A DNA stretch of 64,000 bases from the human T2T-CHM13v2.0 reference genome, Homo sapiens. The stretch's first letter is position 1, and the number at the start of each line of letters is the position of its first letter. The position numbers and the translations under genes were made by a program. The notes beneath the pieces were generated by a model. It had not been told where the DNA came from and did not search any database. It saw nothing but the letters and a program-made list of their open reading frames with translations. The stretch is from assembly GCF_009914755.1 (NCBI RefSeq), contig NC_060938.1. One strand, written 5' to 3'. Of this stretch, positions 30,501-42,900 are shown piece by piece.

Positions 30501-31084
30501 ATTGAAAGAACACTTTATTAAGATTTAAAAGTTTTCAAGAGTTATATCTTTTACTAAATAGTTATATGCCCTTGGGCAAATGCTTTAACAGGTCTAGGGT
30601 TCCATTCCCTTCTGCCAGTTCCTTCTGTTTTATCAAAACATGTGGCTCTCAAATGTTCTACTTCTGTAGAGGCTTTTATAGATTACCATTATGTGTCTTT
30701 ACTTGATCCATGCAGCCCTCCAGTGAAACAAAACGTCCTGTAAATCATCCATTCCACTTGTCCCTAATTTCCACTAAAAACAAAACTAAATGCAATGGCA
30801 GGTGCGGCAAGAGCAACAACAAGTCAATTATTTAAGTAATTCCATGTTCAATCCCATCCTCCTTCTCCGAGTTCTTTCCAACTAGCTGTCTTTCCGAATA
30901 AATGGTTATGAACTTAATGAGGCACTGATGTAACATATTACTACAAAATTAATAACTTAGCCAATACTAAGGTATTATATATAGATTAATGTCTAGCGGA
31001 ATGAAGGTTAATAGTGTTAAATATGTAATCCTAAAAGTTATTTTTTAAAAATCTTCATGGCTATAGGATGACTGAGACATTATT

Positions 31085-31455
31085 TATTAAAAAGCCATTT
31101 AGGAGAAGACCTAAGGGCATTAGCTGATGATGAAATCAATGGGAATTCACAGTGGAGTGTAGTAACCATGATAATTAATTTTAGATTATATTTATGCTCT
31201 AAGAGTATAGTACTTAAACCAAGAGAAATGCTGTTCACATTTTGCCCTTAATTTGTCAGAACAACGTGGATTATTAAGAGCAATTTAGGGTCCTACTCTT
31301 TAAAAGGAATAGCAACAAATACTTAAGGAAAATGGCAATGACGAGACATAGTAAAACCATGTCTCATAAGAAAGAGTTGAGGTAAATAAAATCATTTGTC
31401 TAAGACTAGTAGGGAAGAAAGGGAGAAGGTCCTAACAGCTGTTTTTGTAATATCA
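31085..31455 (+). mobile_element. L3/CR1 LINE fragment
   Basis: 'gaagacctaagggcattagctgat...aaaaccatgtctcataagaaagagttgagg...acagctgtttt'. Confidence 0.55.
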
Positions 31456-34368
31456 CGTGCAAATAGTTTTGTAAACAGTAAATAGTTTTCTAAAAGTTTT
31501 TGTAATAGTAAATAGTTTTGTACAGCCAGAGTGATAAAAGTATGCTCATTTTATATTTTCCCAGTGCTATGAGTTTTGATTCTACAAAGTTGGGTGTGTA
31601 GAAAAAACAACTTTTTCTTAATTCAATATGATTTCCATAGTAAGAGAGTAGTTGAAATCTGTTTTCATTCAATTCAGCAAACCAACATAAACCCCACATT
31701 TGTGGAACATTTTGCTTAAGTTCTGGGAACTTTCCCGGTTTTATGGTACTGTAGGAAGTGGAGGGGTTTGCAGCATGATTCTTGAGAGACCTGACTACCC
31801 ATGTAGCCCCTGGAACTTCTATTGTTCCACCTGGCATTGGTTGAAAGCACGATGAACCACCACTGAGGGGTGGTTCTTTTCTAGCTATTTGGACATCTGA
31901 GATCTGATAGCCCTTTCTACTGCATCCTTAATATTCTTGAAGAGTCAGGTGTGCTCTAATGCATTGTGCAAGGCTGGGACATAAATCTTTTTGCAAGGCC
32001 ATGGATAGTCCCTTCGTTCTGGTTGTATCAGGCAATGATTTATTTCTACAATCTTGTTATCTCCCTGAAACTCTAATTCTAGAAAAAAAGGAAGACATGA
32101 ATCCCTTTTACTTTTCTGATCTAGACTGTCTTAAACATTGCTGTTAGCATGCAGCCTGGTTTGGTCCTAACCATAAAGATATGTTTTATAACCTCTCCTG
32201 TGTCCTTTTTCTGCAAATTTGTGAAAGCTTCTTCTATTCTAAGAGGAATCTCTTCTCTTAATCTTGAGGCTTATCTCTCAGATATGCCCCTTTTGCCATA
32301 ATGAGTTATGTATGCCTCAGAGATATGCCTTTGTCAGAGATACTGAGATACTTAAAAAGATCATGCCCAATTTCTGAATTAATTGAGAAGGGAGGAGTAA
32401 ATGGGGAAGCAAAATATGCCCTTTATTACCAAAAAAAGGCTAAATAGGAAGACATTTAACGCAAGAGGCAAATAAGTTATCTAAGCAAATTAGCATGTTA
32501 CAATCTAATCAAAGTCATACTGGATCGGAAAAGGACCTAGGTGAGGGCTTGCCAAGGAGAGACAGAACATGGAGTGGCAGAGAGGAAGGACAGCTCCTTG
32601 TTCATATGCTCAGTTCAAGAGAAGACACATGGACAAAAATCTTGATTTTTGCCTTACCAGGATGCATATCAATCTCTGTTGATTATGTGGAATCCAATGG
32701 TGACTGATTTTTAAATTAACTGGGACAAATCTTCCCACAAGAGGCTGATTTTGGACCTGTGTTCCTTCCTTGTCTGAAGACCCGATGTATCTAAAATCTT
32801 GATTACATTATTTCTCTTTGTCCCCACTTCCAGTTCTCTAATAGAAATGGAAAAGTATGTGTTCTATCTAAAGTCATAGCATCAATGTTGTCTTGTAAGC
32901 AGGCAGTTTTAGGTTTTTGTCACTGTGCGACTTCCATTGCTTCTTACCATGGGATTACTGAGATCTGGGGAGCCTGCCTCCTAAGCTAAGTCATCTTTTA
33001 TTGTGAAAGTAACACCACCAGAAAGCAAATGTAAAGGAAAGTTGATGACAAACTTGATTTCTTAAAACTTTATTGCTCATTTATTTGAATATTTTTACAT
33101 TTTTCAATATAGAGTGGTAGTTCAAGTAAATATTCGCATGGTAATATTAGGTTAGAATGTTCAGTTTAACCTGTCTACACTGTAATTTGATTGAAACACA
33201 GGAAACACTGTCTTTGGACTGATCTTGCCACTGACCCAAAACACAACATTTTGAGAAAAAAAGTATTATTAGCGACATGGAGAAACTATTTTTCTGCAGA
33301 ACTCAACAAATAAATTTACCACTTTCTTCCAAAATAAAGTCTCATGAGAGTAATGGTGTTATTTATTATGAACTAAAAATCAATTGATTATAATATTTAT
33401 TACTACATAAATGTATGATAATTTAGTTTCACTTATATTCTTAAAGTGATTGATGAATTATAGTACTATGCTAAGAAATGCCTTGAAGAAAGTTGGATAA
33501 GAGTGGTAAGTTACAAGTTCCATGAACACCCATATTAACCCTAATGAAATAGAAACAGTGCCAGTCTAAACAGGATTGATAAGGCATGGATGTGAAGTAA
33601 GCAAAGATTGCCAATATTATTTTGGTCTTAACTTTTTTTTTTTCTTGTAAATGACATGTAATAAACCTTACCTAACTGTAATGGCACAGCTTGCGCTGAG
33701 ATTTGGAAAAGGCATCATGCAAAAAGAGCAACTCTAACAACAACACTGGGTGGCAGGAGAGGCAATGCCAGTGAGGGAGCTGATCAGCTTAGAATAAGCA
33801 CAGCCCCTTTCTCTCTTTGCTGTATAATGTCCTGGGGTGCAGTTTTGTCCATATTAATTGTTATATAGGAAAGGGCCAAAATGCCTGAGATGAGCCTTGA
33901 TAAAGACGATATTTGATTTAGAAAAATATATATATACATAATATATACATTATATATACATATATATATAATGTATATATCCTTTAGTTGCCTGTTAACT
34001 CACTTTATATTTACTATGTGTGACTTCCCTTGGAAGTAAAGATTTTTTGTTCTTAACAAAGGTGATAGACAAAAAGACATTTGTTAATTTCTCACAATCT
34101 CAATGGACCATTTCTCATTGATAAAATTAATATTATACTTGCATTACACCTGATAATTTTTACCTTTTATTTTTTTCTTGCATGCTCACTAACCTATAAT
34201 GTAAATTACCTTTAAAATTGATTATCGTGTATCAAAAACATTTCAGGTTTTGACGATCAGTATGGTCTGGGGTCTGGATGATTTTAGAGGAAGATTACTG
34301 TTGAAGATAAAGCCAGATGCACTTGAGAGAAAAAAATTAAACATTTGAATTTAAAAATTCAGAACACT

Positions 34369-34370
34369 GT

Positions 34371-34416
<46 letters not shown>
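34369..34416. repeat. (TG)n microsatellite
   Basis: Direct reading. Confidence 0.97.
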
Positions 34417-34418
<2 letters not shown>

Positions 34419-34964
34419 TCTGTATGGTTCTATTTGTATAAAGCTCTGGCAAAGAAAAATCTACCCTTTGGTGACAAAGAATATTAGTGACTAAAAAATT
34501 TAAATATAAATATTTGATATACAATGTTATTAAAACTCTCTTATTGCTCTTTACACTTAATAAGTATAAAATAAGTCCTTATCAACAACTTACTGAATAA
34601 TTAAAGGAAATAAATAATTTTTAAAATATAGTATATTTTGCAGAATAAGTTAACAAGAATATACTTTCAGTAGTTATTTTCTTTTTCATAGCTTATGAAT
34701 TTGAAAACATTACTAATATAAAATTTAAAAAATAGTAAAACCACACCAATGCACTAAGAATTATATCACCAATCTTATGCTTGAAACAACTTAGGTAAAA
34801 TTGAAAATCATATAATCTCACTAGTGTGCTAAAAATATATATGAATATATAATTATAATTTCAATATTCCAAACAAACTATATCAACATGTTGCATTTAT
34901 GACCACTGTAATTGAGTGGAAGGATAGCTGATGCAATCTTTAAAAAAAAATGCTTATTGGTTTG

Positions 34965-36265
34965 ATTTTTTTCTCAACTTTTATTTTAGACATAGCAGAT
35001 ATATTTACATGTTTGTTACAAAAGTATATTGCATAATACTGAGGTTTGGGGTGTGATTGAACCTGTTACCCAGGTAGTGAGCACAGTACCCAATGGATAG
35101 TTTTTCAGCACTTCCCTCTCTCTCTTCCACATCTAGTAGTCCCCAGTGTCCACTCTTCCCATCTTTTTGTCCATGTGGACCTAATGTTTAACTCTTACTT
35201 ATGAGTAAGAACATGCAATATTTGGTTTTCTGTTTCTCCATTAGTTCACTTAGAATAATGGTTTCCAGCTGCACCCATATTGTTGCAAAGACATTATTTT
35301 ATTGTTTTTTATGGCTGCATAGTATTCCATGGTGTATATGTACCACATTTTATTTATCCAATCCACTGTTAATGGGCGCTTAAGTTGATTCAGTGTTTTT
35401 GCTATTGTGAATAGCACTGTGATCAGCATATGGGTACATGTGTCCTTTGGTAAAATGACTAATTATCCTTTGGGTATATGCCCAGTAGTGGGATTTCTGG
35501 GTTGAATGGTAGACCAGCTATTAGTTATTTAGGAGATTTCCAGACTGCTCTCCATAGTGGCTGAAATAATTTACATCACCACCAACAATACATCAATGTC
35601 CCCTTTTCTCCAGCCATGCCAACATCCTATTTTTCTAGCTTTTTAACAAAAGTAATTCTAACTGATGTGAGACTGTATCTCATTATGGTTCTGATTTGAA
35701 TTTCTCTGATGATTAGTGATGATAAGTATTTTTTCAAGTTTGTTGCCCATGGTTATGCCTTCTTTTGAGAAGTGTCTATCAGGTCCTTTGACCACTTTTT
35801 AATGGGGTTATTTATTTTTTGATTGTTGATTTTTTTATGTTCTTCACAGTTTCTGGATATTAGACCTTTGTTTGATATATAATATGCAAATATTTTCTCC
35901 TGTTCTGTAAGTTGTCTTTTTACTCCCTGGGTAGTTTCTCTTGCTGTGTAGAAGCTCTTTGGTTTAATTAGGTCCCACTTAACAATTATTATTTTGGTTG
36001 CAATTGCTTTTGAGGACTTAGCCATAAATTATTTGTCAAGGCTGATGTCAAGAGGGGTATTTCTTAGTTTTTTGTCTAGTATTTTTATAGTTTGATGTCT
36101 TACATTTATGTCTTCAATTCTTGAGTTAATTTTTCTATGTAGCAAGCAGTAGCAGTCCAGTTTCATTCTTCTGTATACGGATAGCCAGTTATTCCAGCAT
36201 GATTTATTAAATAGAGAGTTATTTCCCCATTGCTTATTTTTGTTAAGTTTGTAGATTAGATGATT
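34965..36265 (-). mobile_element. 5'-truncated L1PA16/L1PB-like element
   Basis: Antisense 3'UTR 'gaggtttggggtgtgattgaacctgttacccaggtagtgagc'; ORF2 remnant [11 protein letters not shown]...WDLIK. Confidence 0.92.
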
Positions 36266-36555
36266 GTATTACATCTATTTTTCTATCTACTTTTGAATAA
36301 ATAGATAGATGTTAAATAGATGAAAGTCATGGGGGATGTGTGTCTATAATATGTATATATAGAAATAGCTAGAGAAGCTCAAGTCAGCAAGATTTTTATA
36401 AGAAAAAATGAAAATAATTTAATGTCAATTCATACAATTTTAAAAGTCACAGATTTCACTATAAAAGATTAGATGTTTAGCCTTGTGTATATACAAATAT
36501 ACACAAGTATGTGCAGAAACAATTACAAATATGTGAGTGTACTTGGATTAGTAAA

Positions 36556-38838
36556 TGTATTAGTCTGTTTTCGCATTGCTGATAAATACATACCTGAGAA
36601 TAGGCAATTTATACAGGATAAGGGTTTAATGGACTTATATTTCCATGTGGCTGGGGAATACTCGCAATCATGATGGAAGGCAAGAAGGGGCAAGTCATGT
36701 CTTACATGGATGGCAACAGGCAAAGAGAGAGCTTATGCAGGGAAACACCACCTTACAAGCCATTAGATTTCATGAGACTTATTCACTATCACAAGAACAG
36801 CACAGGAAAGACATGCCCCCATGATTTAATTACCTCCAACAATTTCCCTCCCAAAACATGTAGAAATTTAAGATGAGATTTGAGTAGAGAAGACACAGCC
36901 AAACTATTTCATTCCACCCCTGGTCCCCGCAAATCTCATGTCCTCACATTTCAAAGCCAATCATTCCTTCCCAACAGTCCCCCAAATTCTTAACTCATTT
37001 TAGCATTGACTCAAAATTCCACAGTCCAAAGTCTCATCAGAGACCAAGCAAATCCCTTCCACCTATGAGCCTGTGAAATCAAAAGCAAATTAGTTACTTC
37101 CTAGATACAATGGGGGTACAAGCACTGGGGAAATACACCCATTCAAAATGGGAGAAATTGGCCAAAACAAACGGGTTACTGAACCCATGCAAGTCCAAAT
37201 TCCAGCAGGGCAGTCAAATCTTAAAGCTCCAAAATGATCTGCTTTGACTCCATGTCTCACCAATGCAAGAGGTGGGTTCCCATGGACTTGGGCAGCTCTG
37301 TCCCTATGGCTCTGCAGGGTACAGCTGCACTCCTGGGTGGTTTCATGGGCTGGTGTTGAATGTCTGCAGCTTTTCCTGATACACAATGCAAGCTGTCAGT
37401 GGATCTACCATTCTGGGGTCTGGAGGACAGTGGCCCTCTTCTCATACCTCCACTAGGCAATGCCCCAGTAGGGACTCTGTGTTGGGGCTCCAACCCCTAC
37501 AGTCCCCTTGGCACTCCCTTAGCAGAGATTGTCCATGAGAGCCCTGCCCCTGCAGCAAACTTCTGCCTGGACATCCAGGCATTTCCATACATGTTCTGAA
37601 ACCTAGGTGGAGTTTCTCAAACCCCAATTCTTGACTTCTGTGCACTGGAAGACTCAATGCCACGTGGAAGCTGCCAAGGCTTGAGACTTGCACCCTCTGA
37701 AGCCACAGCCTGATCACTATATTGGCCCCTTTCAGCCATGGCTGGAGAGGCTGGGAGGCAGGGTACGAAGTCCCTAGGCTGCACACAGCACAGGGACCCT
37801 GGGCCTGGCCCTCGAGACCACTTTTTCCTCCTAGGCCTCTGGGCCTGTGGTGGGAGGGGATGCCATGAAGAAGACCTCTGACATGCCCTGGAGACATTGT
37901 TCCGTTTCTTGGGGATTAACATTCAGCTAGTTGTTACTTATGCAAATTTCTGCAGCAGGTTAGTATTTCTCCTCAGAAAACGGGATTTTATTTTCTATCA
38001 CATTTTATCACATAAAAGTGCAAATTTTTTGAACTTTTATGTTCTGTTTCCCTTATAAAACTAAATGCCTTTAACAGCACCCAAGTCACCTCTTAAATGC
38101 TTTGGGGCTTAAAAATTTCTTCTGCCAGATACCCTACATTATCTCCCTCAAGTTCAAAGTTCCACACATCTCTGGGGCAGGGGCAAAATGCCACCAGTCT
38201 CTACTAAAACCTAACAAGAGTTGCTTTTGCTCCAGTTCCCTACAAGTTCCACATCTTCTTCTGAGATCACCTCAGCCTGGATTTCATTGTCCACATCGTT
38301 ATCAGCATTTTGATCAAAGCCATTCAATAAGTCTTTATGGAGTTCCAAACTTTCCCACATTTTCCTATCTTCTTCTGAGTCCTCCAAACTGTTCCAACCT
38401 CTGCCTGTTACCCAGTTTCCAAAGTATCTTCCACATTTTTGGGTATCTCTTCAGCAGCACCCCATTCCTGGTACCACCTACCTGAATTAGTCCGTTTTCA
38501 TGTTGCTGATAAAGACATACCAACACTGGGTAATTTATACAAAAAAAAAATGGTTTAATGGACTTACAGTTCCACATGGCTGGGGAAGACTCACAATCAC
38601 GGTGGAAGTCAAGGAGGAGCCAGTCACATCTTACATGGATGGCAGCAGGCAAAGGGAGAGCTTATTCAGGGAAATAACACCTTATAAAGCTGTCAGATCT
38701 TGTGAGACTTATTCACTGTCACAAGAAAAGCACAGGAAAGAACTGCCCCTATGATTCAATTACCTTCAGCTGGGTCCTTCCCACAACACATGGGAATTTA
38801 AGATGAGATTTGGGTGGGGAGACAGCCAAACCATATCA
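36556..38838 (-). mobile_element. complete THE1B MaLR element (LTRs 36556-36911 and 38483-38838)
   Basis: Two homologous antisense LTRs with 'cttacatggatggca', THE1 internal sequence, perfect TSD gtaaa (36551-36555 / 38839-38843). Confidence 0.97.
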
Positions 38839-38843
38839 GTAAA

Positions 38844-39490
38844 CATAATGATGTTATATATCTGTGTATTTTGAGAGTGATCAGTAGCAATGAACTCACC
38901 TATTATCCAGATTCTTGTTTTAAAATACTATTCTCCAGTGACAAAATACAGGACTACTTGGAGAAATGCCTTATTCTGAGACTGGGACAGTGGAAATATC
39001 AGATGAGTTTGGAACACTTTTTTGACCAGGAAACAATGCTTAGTAAACAAACATATGAAGGCATGTCAAAGGGACACAAAGCCAACCTAAAAGTGAACAC
39101 CCAATGACAAAAATCTGAACAATTTGAGAATATATATATATATATATAATTCACATATTAGTCAATTAGCAACCAAAGTATAAAATAAATATGTGTCCTT
39201 ACTAATATAAATAAATTTATGAATAAATAAGGAGAAAAGACAAATATTTTTACAAAGTAATTCCAAATAATATGTGTAGATACTTCCCCTACATAAAAGG
39301 TGGGACTTAATCCTTCTCAGCAAAAGCATGCTACATGTAGCAATGTAACAGTGTCAATTTGTTTGTTTTGGTAAATATACCATAGTAATCCAAAGGATTA
39401 AAAATGAGTAAAACTGGGTAATGAGTATTAAAAAACTCTGTTTACTATCTTTGTACATTTTTTAAGTCTAAAATTATCAAAATAAACATT
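38844..39490 (+). mobile_element. L1MC 3'-region fragment (host of THE1B)
   Basis: 'cagtagcaatgaac...ccagattcttgttttaaaatactattctcc...cttggagaaatg'. Confidence 0.65.
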
Positions 39491-39509
39491 TTAAGAAATC
39501 TAGATAATG

Positions 39510-39946
39510 ACTATAATGGTTGTGTCAAATTGACTATGCCATAGGATGCCTAGATAGCTGGTTGAACATTATTCCTAGGTGTTTCTATGAGATGTGTCTC
39601 ACAGAAGAGATTACCATTTTAATAGGTGAACTGAGTAAAGCCTACAACCTTCGCCAACGTGACTAGGCATCATTCAATACATTAAGGGCCATTCCAAAGC
39701 AAAAATGCATGGTAATGTTGAATTCACTATCAGAATAACTGAGCTGGAACATCAGTCTTCTTCCCTTGGCACTCCTTGTTCACAGGCCTTCAAACCTAGA
39801 CTGAAATCTGTTGCTTTCCTGGGTCTTCAGGTTGTAGATGGCAGTTAATGAGACTGCTCTTCCTCCATACTTTTGTGAGTAAATATCTTTATATGTTTCT
39901 CTCATTGTTCTGTTACTCTGAGAACCTAGTGTAAATAAATAATACA
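39510..39946 (+). mobile_element. MLT2 (ERVL) solo LTR
   Basis: 'tgtgtcaaattgact...ggatgcctagatagctggttgaacattattc...gaactgagtaaag...ttctgttactctgagaacc'. Confidence 0.85.
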
Positions 39947-39984
39947 ATGTCTTCAATAAAATGTGAAGAACAGATGTAGATAAA

Positions 39985-42900
39985 TTTATTTTTATTTTTT
40001 AATTGATACTGCATAATATTTGGATATTAGGGATATATGTGATTTTTGTTATGTGTATAGAATGTGAATTGATTAAGTCAGGATATTTACTTAATACATA
40101 TACAGGATATATCTATCACATTGTGTGTTTGTCATTTACATGTGTTAGGAATATTTTAAGTCCTCTTATCTAACCATTTTGAAATATAAAATACATTGTT
40201 GTTATCTATAGTCACCCTACTCTACTATCAAACATTAGAACTTATTTTTCTATCTAACTCTAAATTTGTACCCATTAACCAATCTCTTTTCACTCTCCAC
40301 ACACTAACCTCTGCTATCATTCTAATCTCTAGTTACTTGAGATCCACTTTTTTTAGTTCTCACAGGTAAGTGAGAAATATATTTGTCTTTATGTGCTTAC
40401 CTAATTCCACTTAATACAATAACCTTCACTTCAACTCATGTTGCTGCAAATGAGATGATTTAATTCTTTTTTAATGGCTGAATAGTATTCCATTATGTAT
40501 ATATACCACAACTTCTTTATCCATTCCTCCACTGATAAACACATAGATTGATTCCCTATTTTGGCTATTGTGAATAGCATTTGCAGTAAACATGAGGATG
40601 CAGGTATCTTTTTGATATACTGATTTCCTTTCCTTTGGATGAATACCCAGTAGTGGAATTGCTGGGTCATATTGTAGTTCAATTTTTAGTTTCGAAGAAA
40701 TCTTCAATCTGTTTTCCATAATGGCTGTACAAAGTTATGTTTCCAGCAACAGTAAATATCACCTGCATGTGGTATTTTTTGTCTTTTTAATAATAGCCAT
40801 TCTAACTGGGGTAAGATGCTATCTCTTTGTGGTTTTAATTTGCATTTCCATGATGATTATTGATGTCAAGCATTTTTTTCATATACGCGTTAGCCATTTG
40901 TATGTCTTCTTTTGAGAAATGTCTATTGATGTCCTTTGCCCATTTTTTTAAAATGGTATTTTTTTTCCTGTTGAGTTGTTTGAGTTCTTTAACTTGCAAA
41001 TATATTATTCCACTCAACAGACTGTCTCTTCGCTCTATTGATTGTTCCCTTTGTGGTACAGAAGGTCTTTACTTTAATATAGTCCTTTTCGTCAGTTTTT
41101 AGTTTTGTTGCCTGTGCTTTTGAAGTCTTAGTGATAAAGTCTTCTAAATATCCTAAAGTGTTGTCCCCATGTTTTCTTCTAGTAGTTTTATAGTTTGGCA
41201 TCTTATGTTTTGTTATTTAACTCATTGATTTTTGTATACGGTGAGAGATAGGTATCTAGTTTCATTCTTCTTCATATGGAGACCCAGTTTTCCCAGCACC
41301 ATTTATGAAAGAGTGTCTTTTCTCCAACGTATGCCTTTGGTACTTTTGTAAAATCAGTTGGCTGGGAACACATGGATTTATTTCTGGGTGATCTATTGTT
41401 TCATTTGTGTATGTGTCTGTTTTTATGTCAGTACCATGCTGTTTTGTTTACTATAAACACAGTGTATTCTGAAGTCAGATAATGATTCCTCCAGCTTTGT
41501 TTGTTTTGCTCAGTATTGCTTTGCTTTGGCTATCTGTGCTTTTTTTTTTTTTCCTTTGCTTCCATACAAATTTTAGAATTTTTTTCAACAATAAACTGGA
41601 TCAAGCAGAAGAAATAATTCAGAATTTGTAGATGAGTCTTTTGGAATAACCTAGTCAGAGAAAAAGAGAAGAAAAAAATAATTAACAAAGTCTCTGTGAC
41701 ATATTGGACACTAAAGAGCCACCAAATACCAATATATTGGTATTTTGATAGAGATTGCATTGAATCTATAGATTACTTTAGGTAGTGTGGTCAATTTTAC
41801 CATATTATTTCATGTGATGCATAGCATGAAATGTTTTTTTATTTGTTTGTACCATTCTTAATTTTTTCATTAGTGTTTGTAGTTTTCCTTCTAGAGACCT
41901 TTCACTTCCTTGGTTCAATTTATTCCTAGGTATTTTTTGTTGCCATTGTAAATGAGATTGACTTCTTTTTTTTTGTATATTTTATTATTGGTGAAAAGAA
42001 CTGCCACTGACTTTTGTATGTAATTTAATATCCTACAGCTTTGCTGAATTCTCTTATCAGATATAAGAAGGTTTTTAGTGAAGCATTTACATTTTTCTAA
42101 ATATAAGGGCATGTCATCTGCAAAGAGGGATAATTTGACTTTCTTTATTCCAATCTATATGCCTCTTATTTCTTTCTCTTGCCTGATTGCTCTGCATAGA
42201 ATTTTCAGTATTGTACTGAATAGGAGTGGTAAAAGTGTGTATTCCTGTCTTGTTTCAGTTCTTAGAGGAAAATCTTTCAGCTTTGCTCCACTAAGTATGA
42301 TGTTAGCTATGAGTTTATTATATATGGCTTTTACTGTTTTGAGGTACGTGTTAATTTCATGCCTAGTTTTTGAAAGGTCTTATAATGAAAAGATGTTGAA
42401 TTTTATGAAATGCTTTTTCTGCATGTCTTAATCCTAAGAGATTCCAAAGAATGAAGATAATATTTTATTTCATACCATGTATGTGTATTGCACATTTTTA
42501 TTAAGGTATACTAGACTATTCTTGCATTTTGTAGGATAAATACCACTGATTATGATATATTATCTTTTAATATACTGTTGGATTAAGTTTGCTAGTATTT
42601 TGTTGATTTTCGCATCTATGTCCATAAGGAATATTGGCCTGTAGTTTTCTTTTTTATCCTTTTTGGTATCAGATTAATGCCAGCCTTGTGGAATGTTAGA
42701 AAGAATATTCTCCTCTTAAATTTTTGGAATGGTTTAAGGAGAATTGGTGTTAGTTCTTCTTTATAAGTTTGGTAGAATTTGGCAGTGAAGCCATCTGTTT
42801 TTGGGCTTTTCTTTGTTGAGAGACACCTGATTCAATCTTGTTACTCATCACTGGCCTGTTCAGGTTTTCTATTTCTTCCTGATTCTGCCATGGTAGGTTG

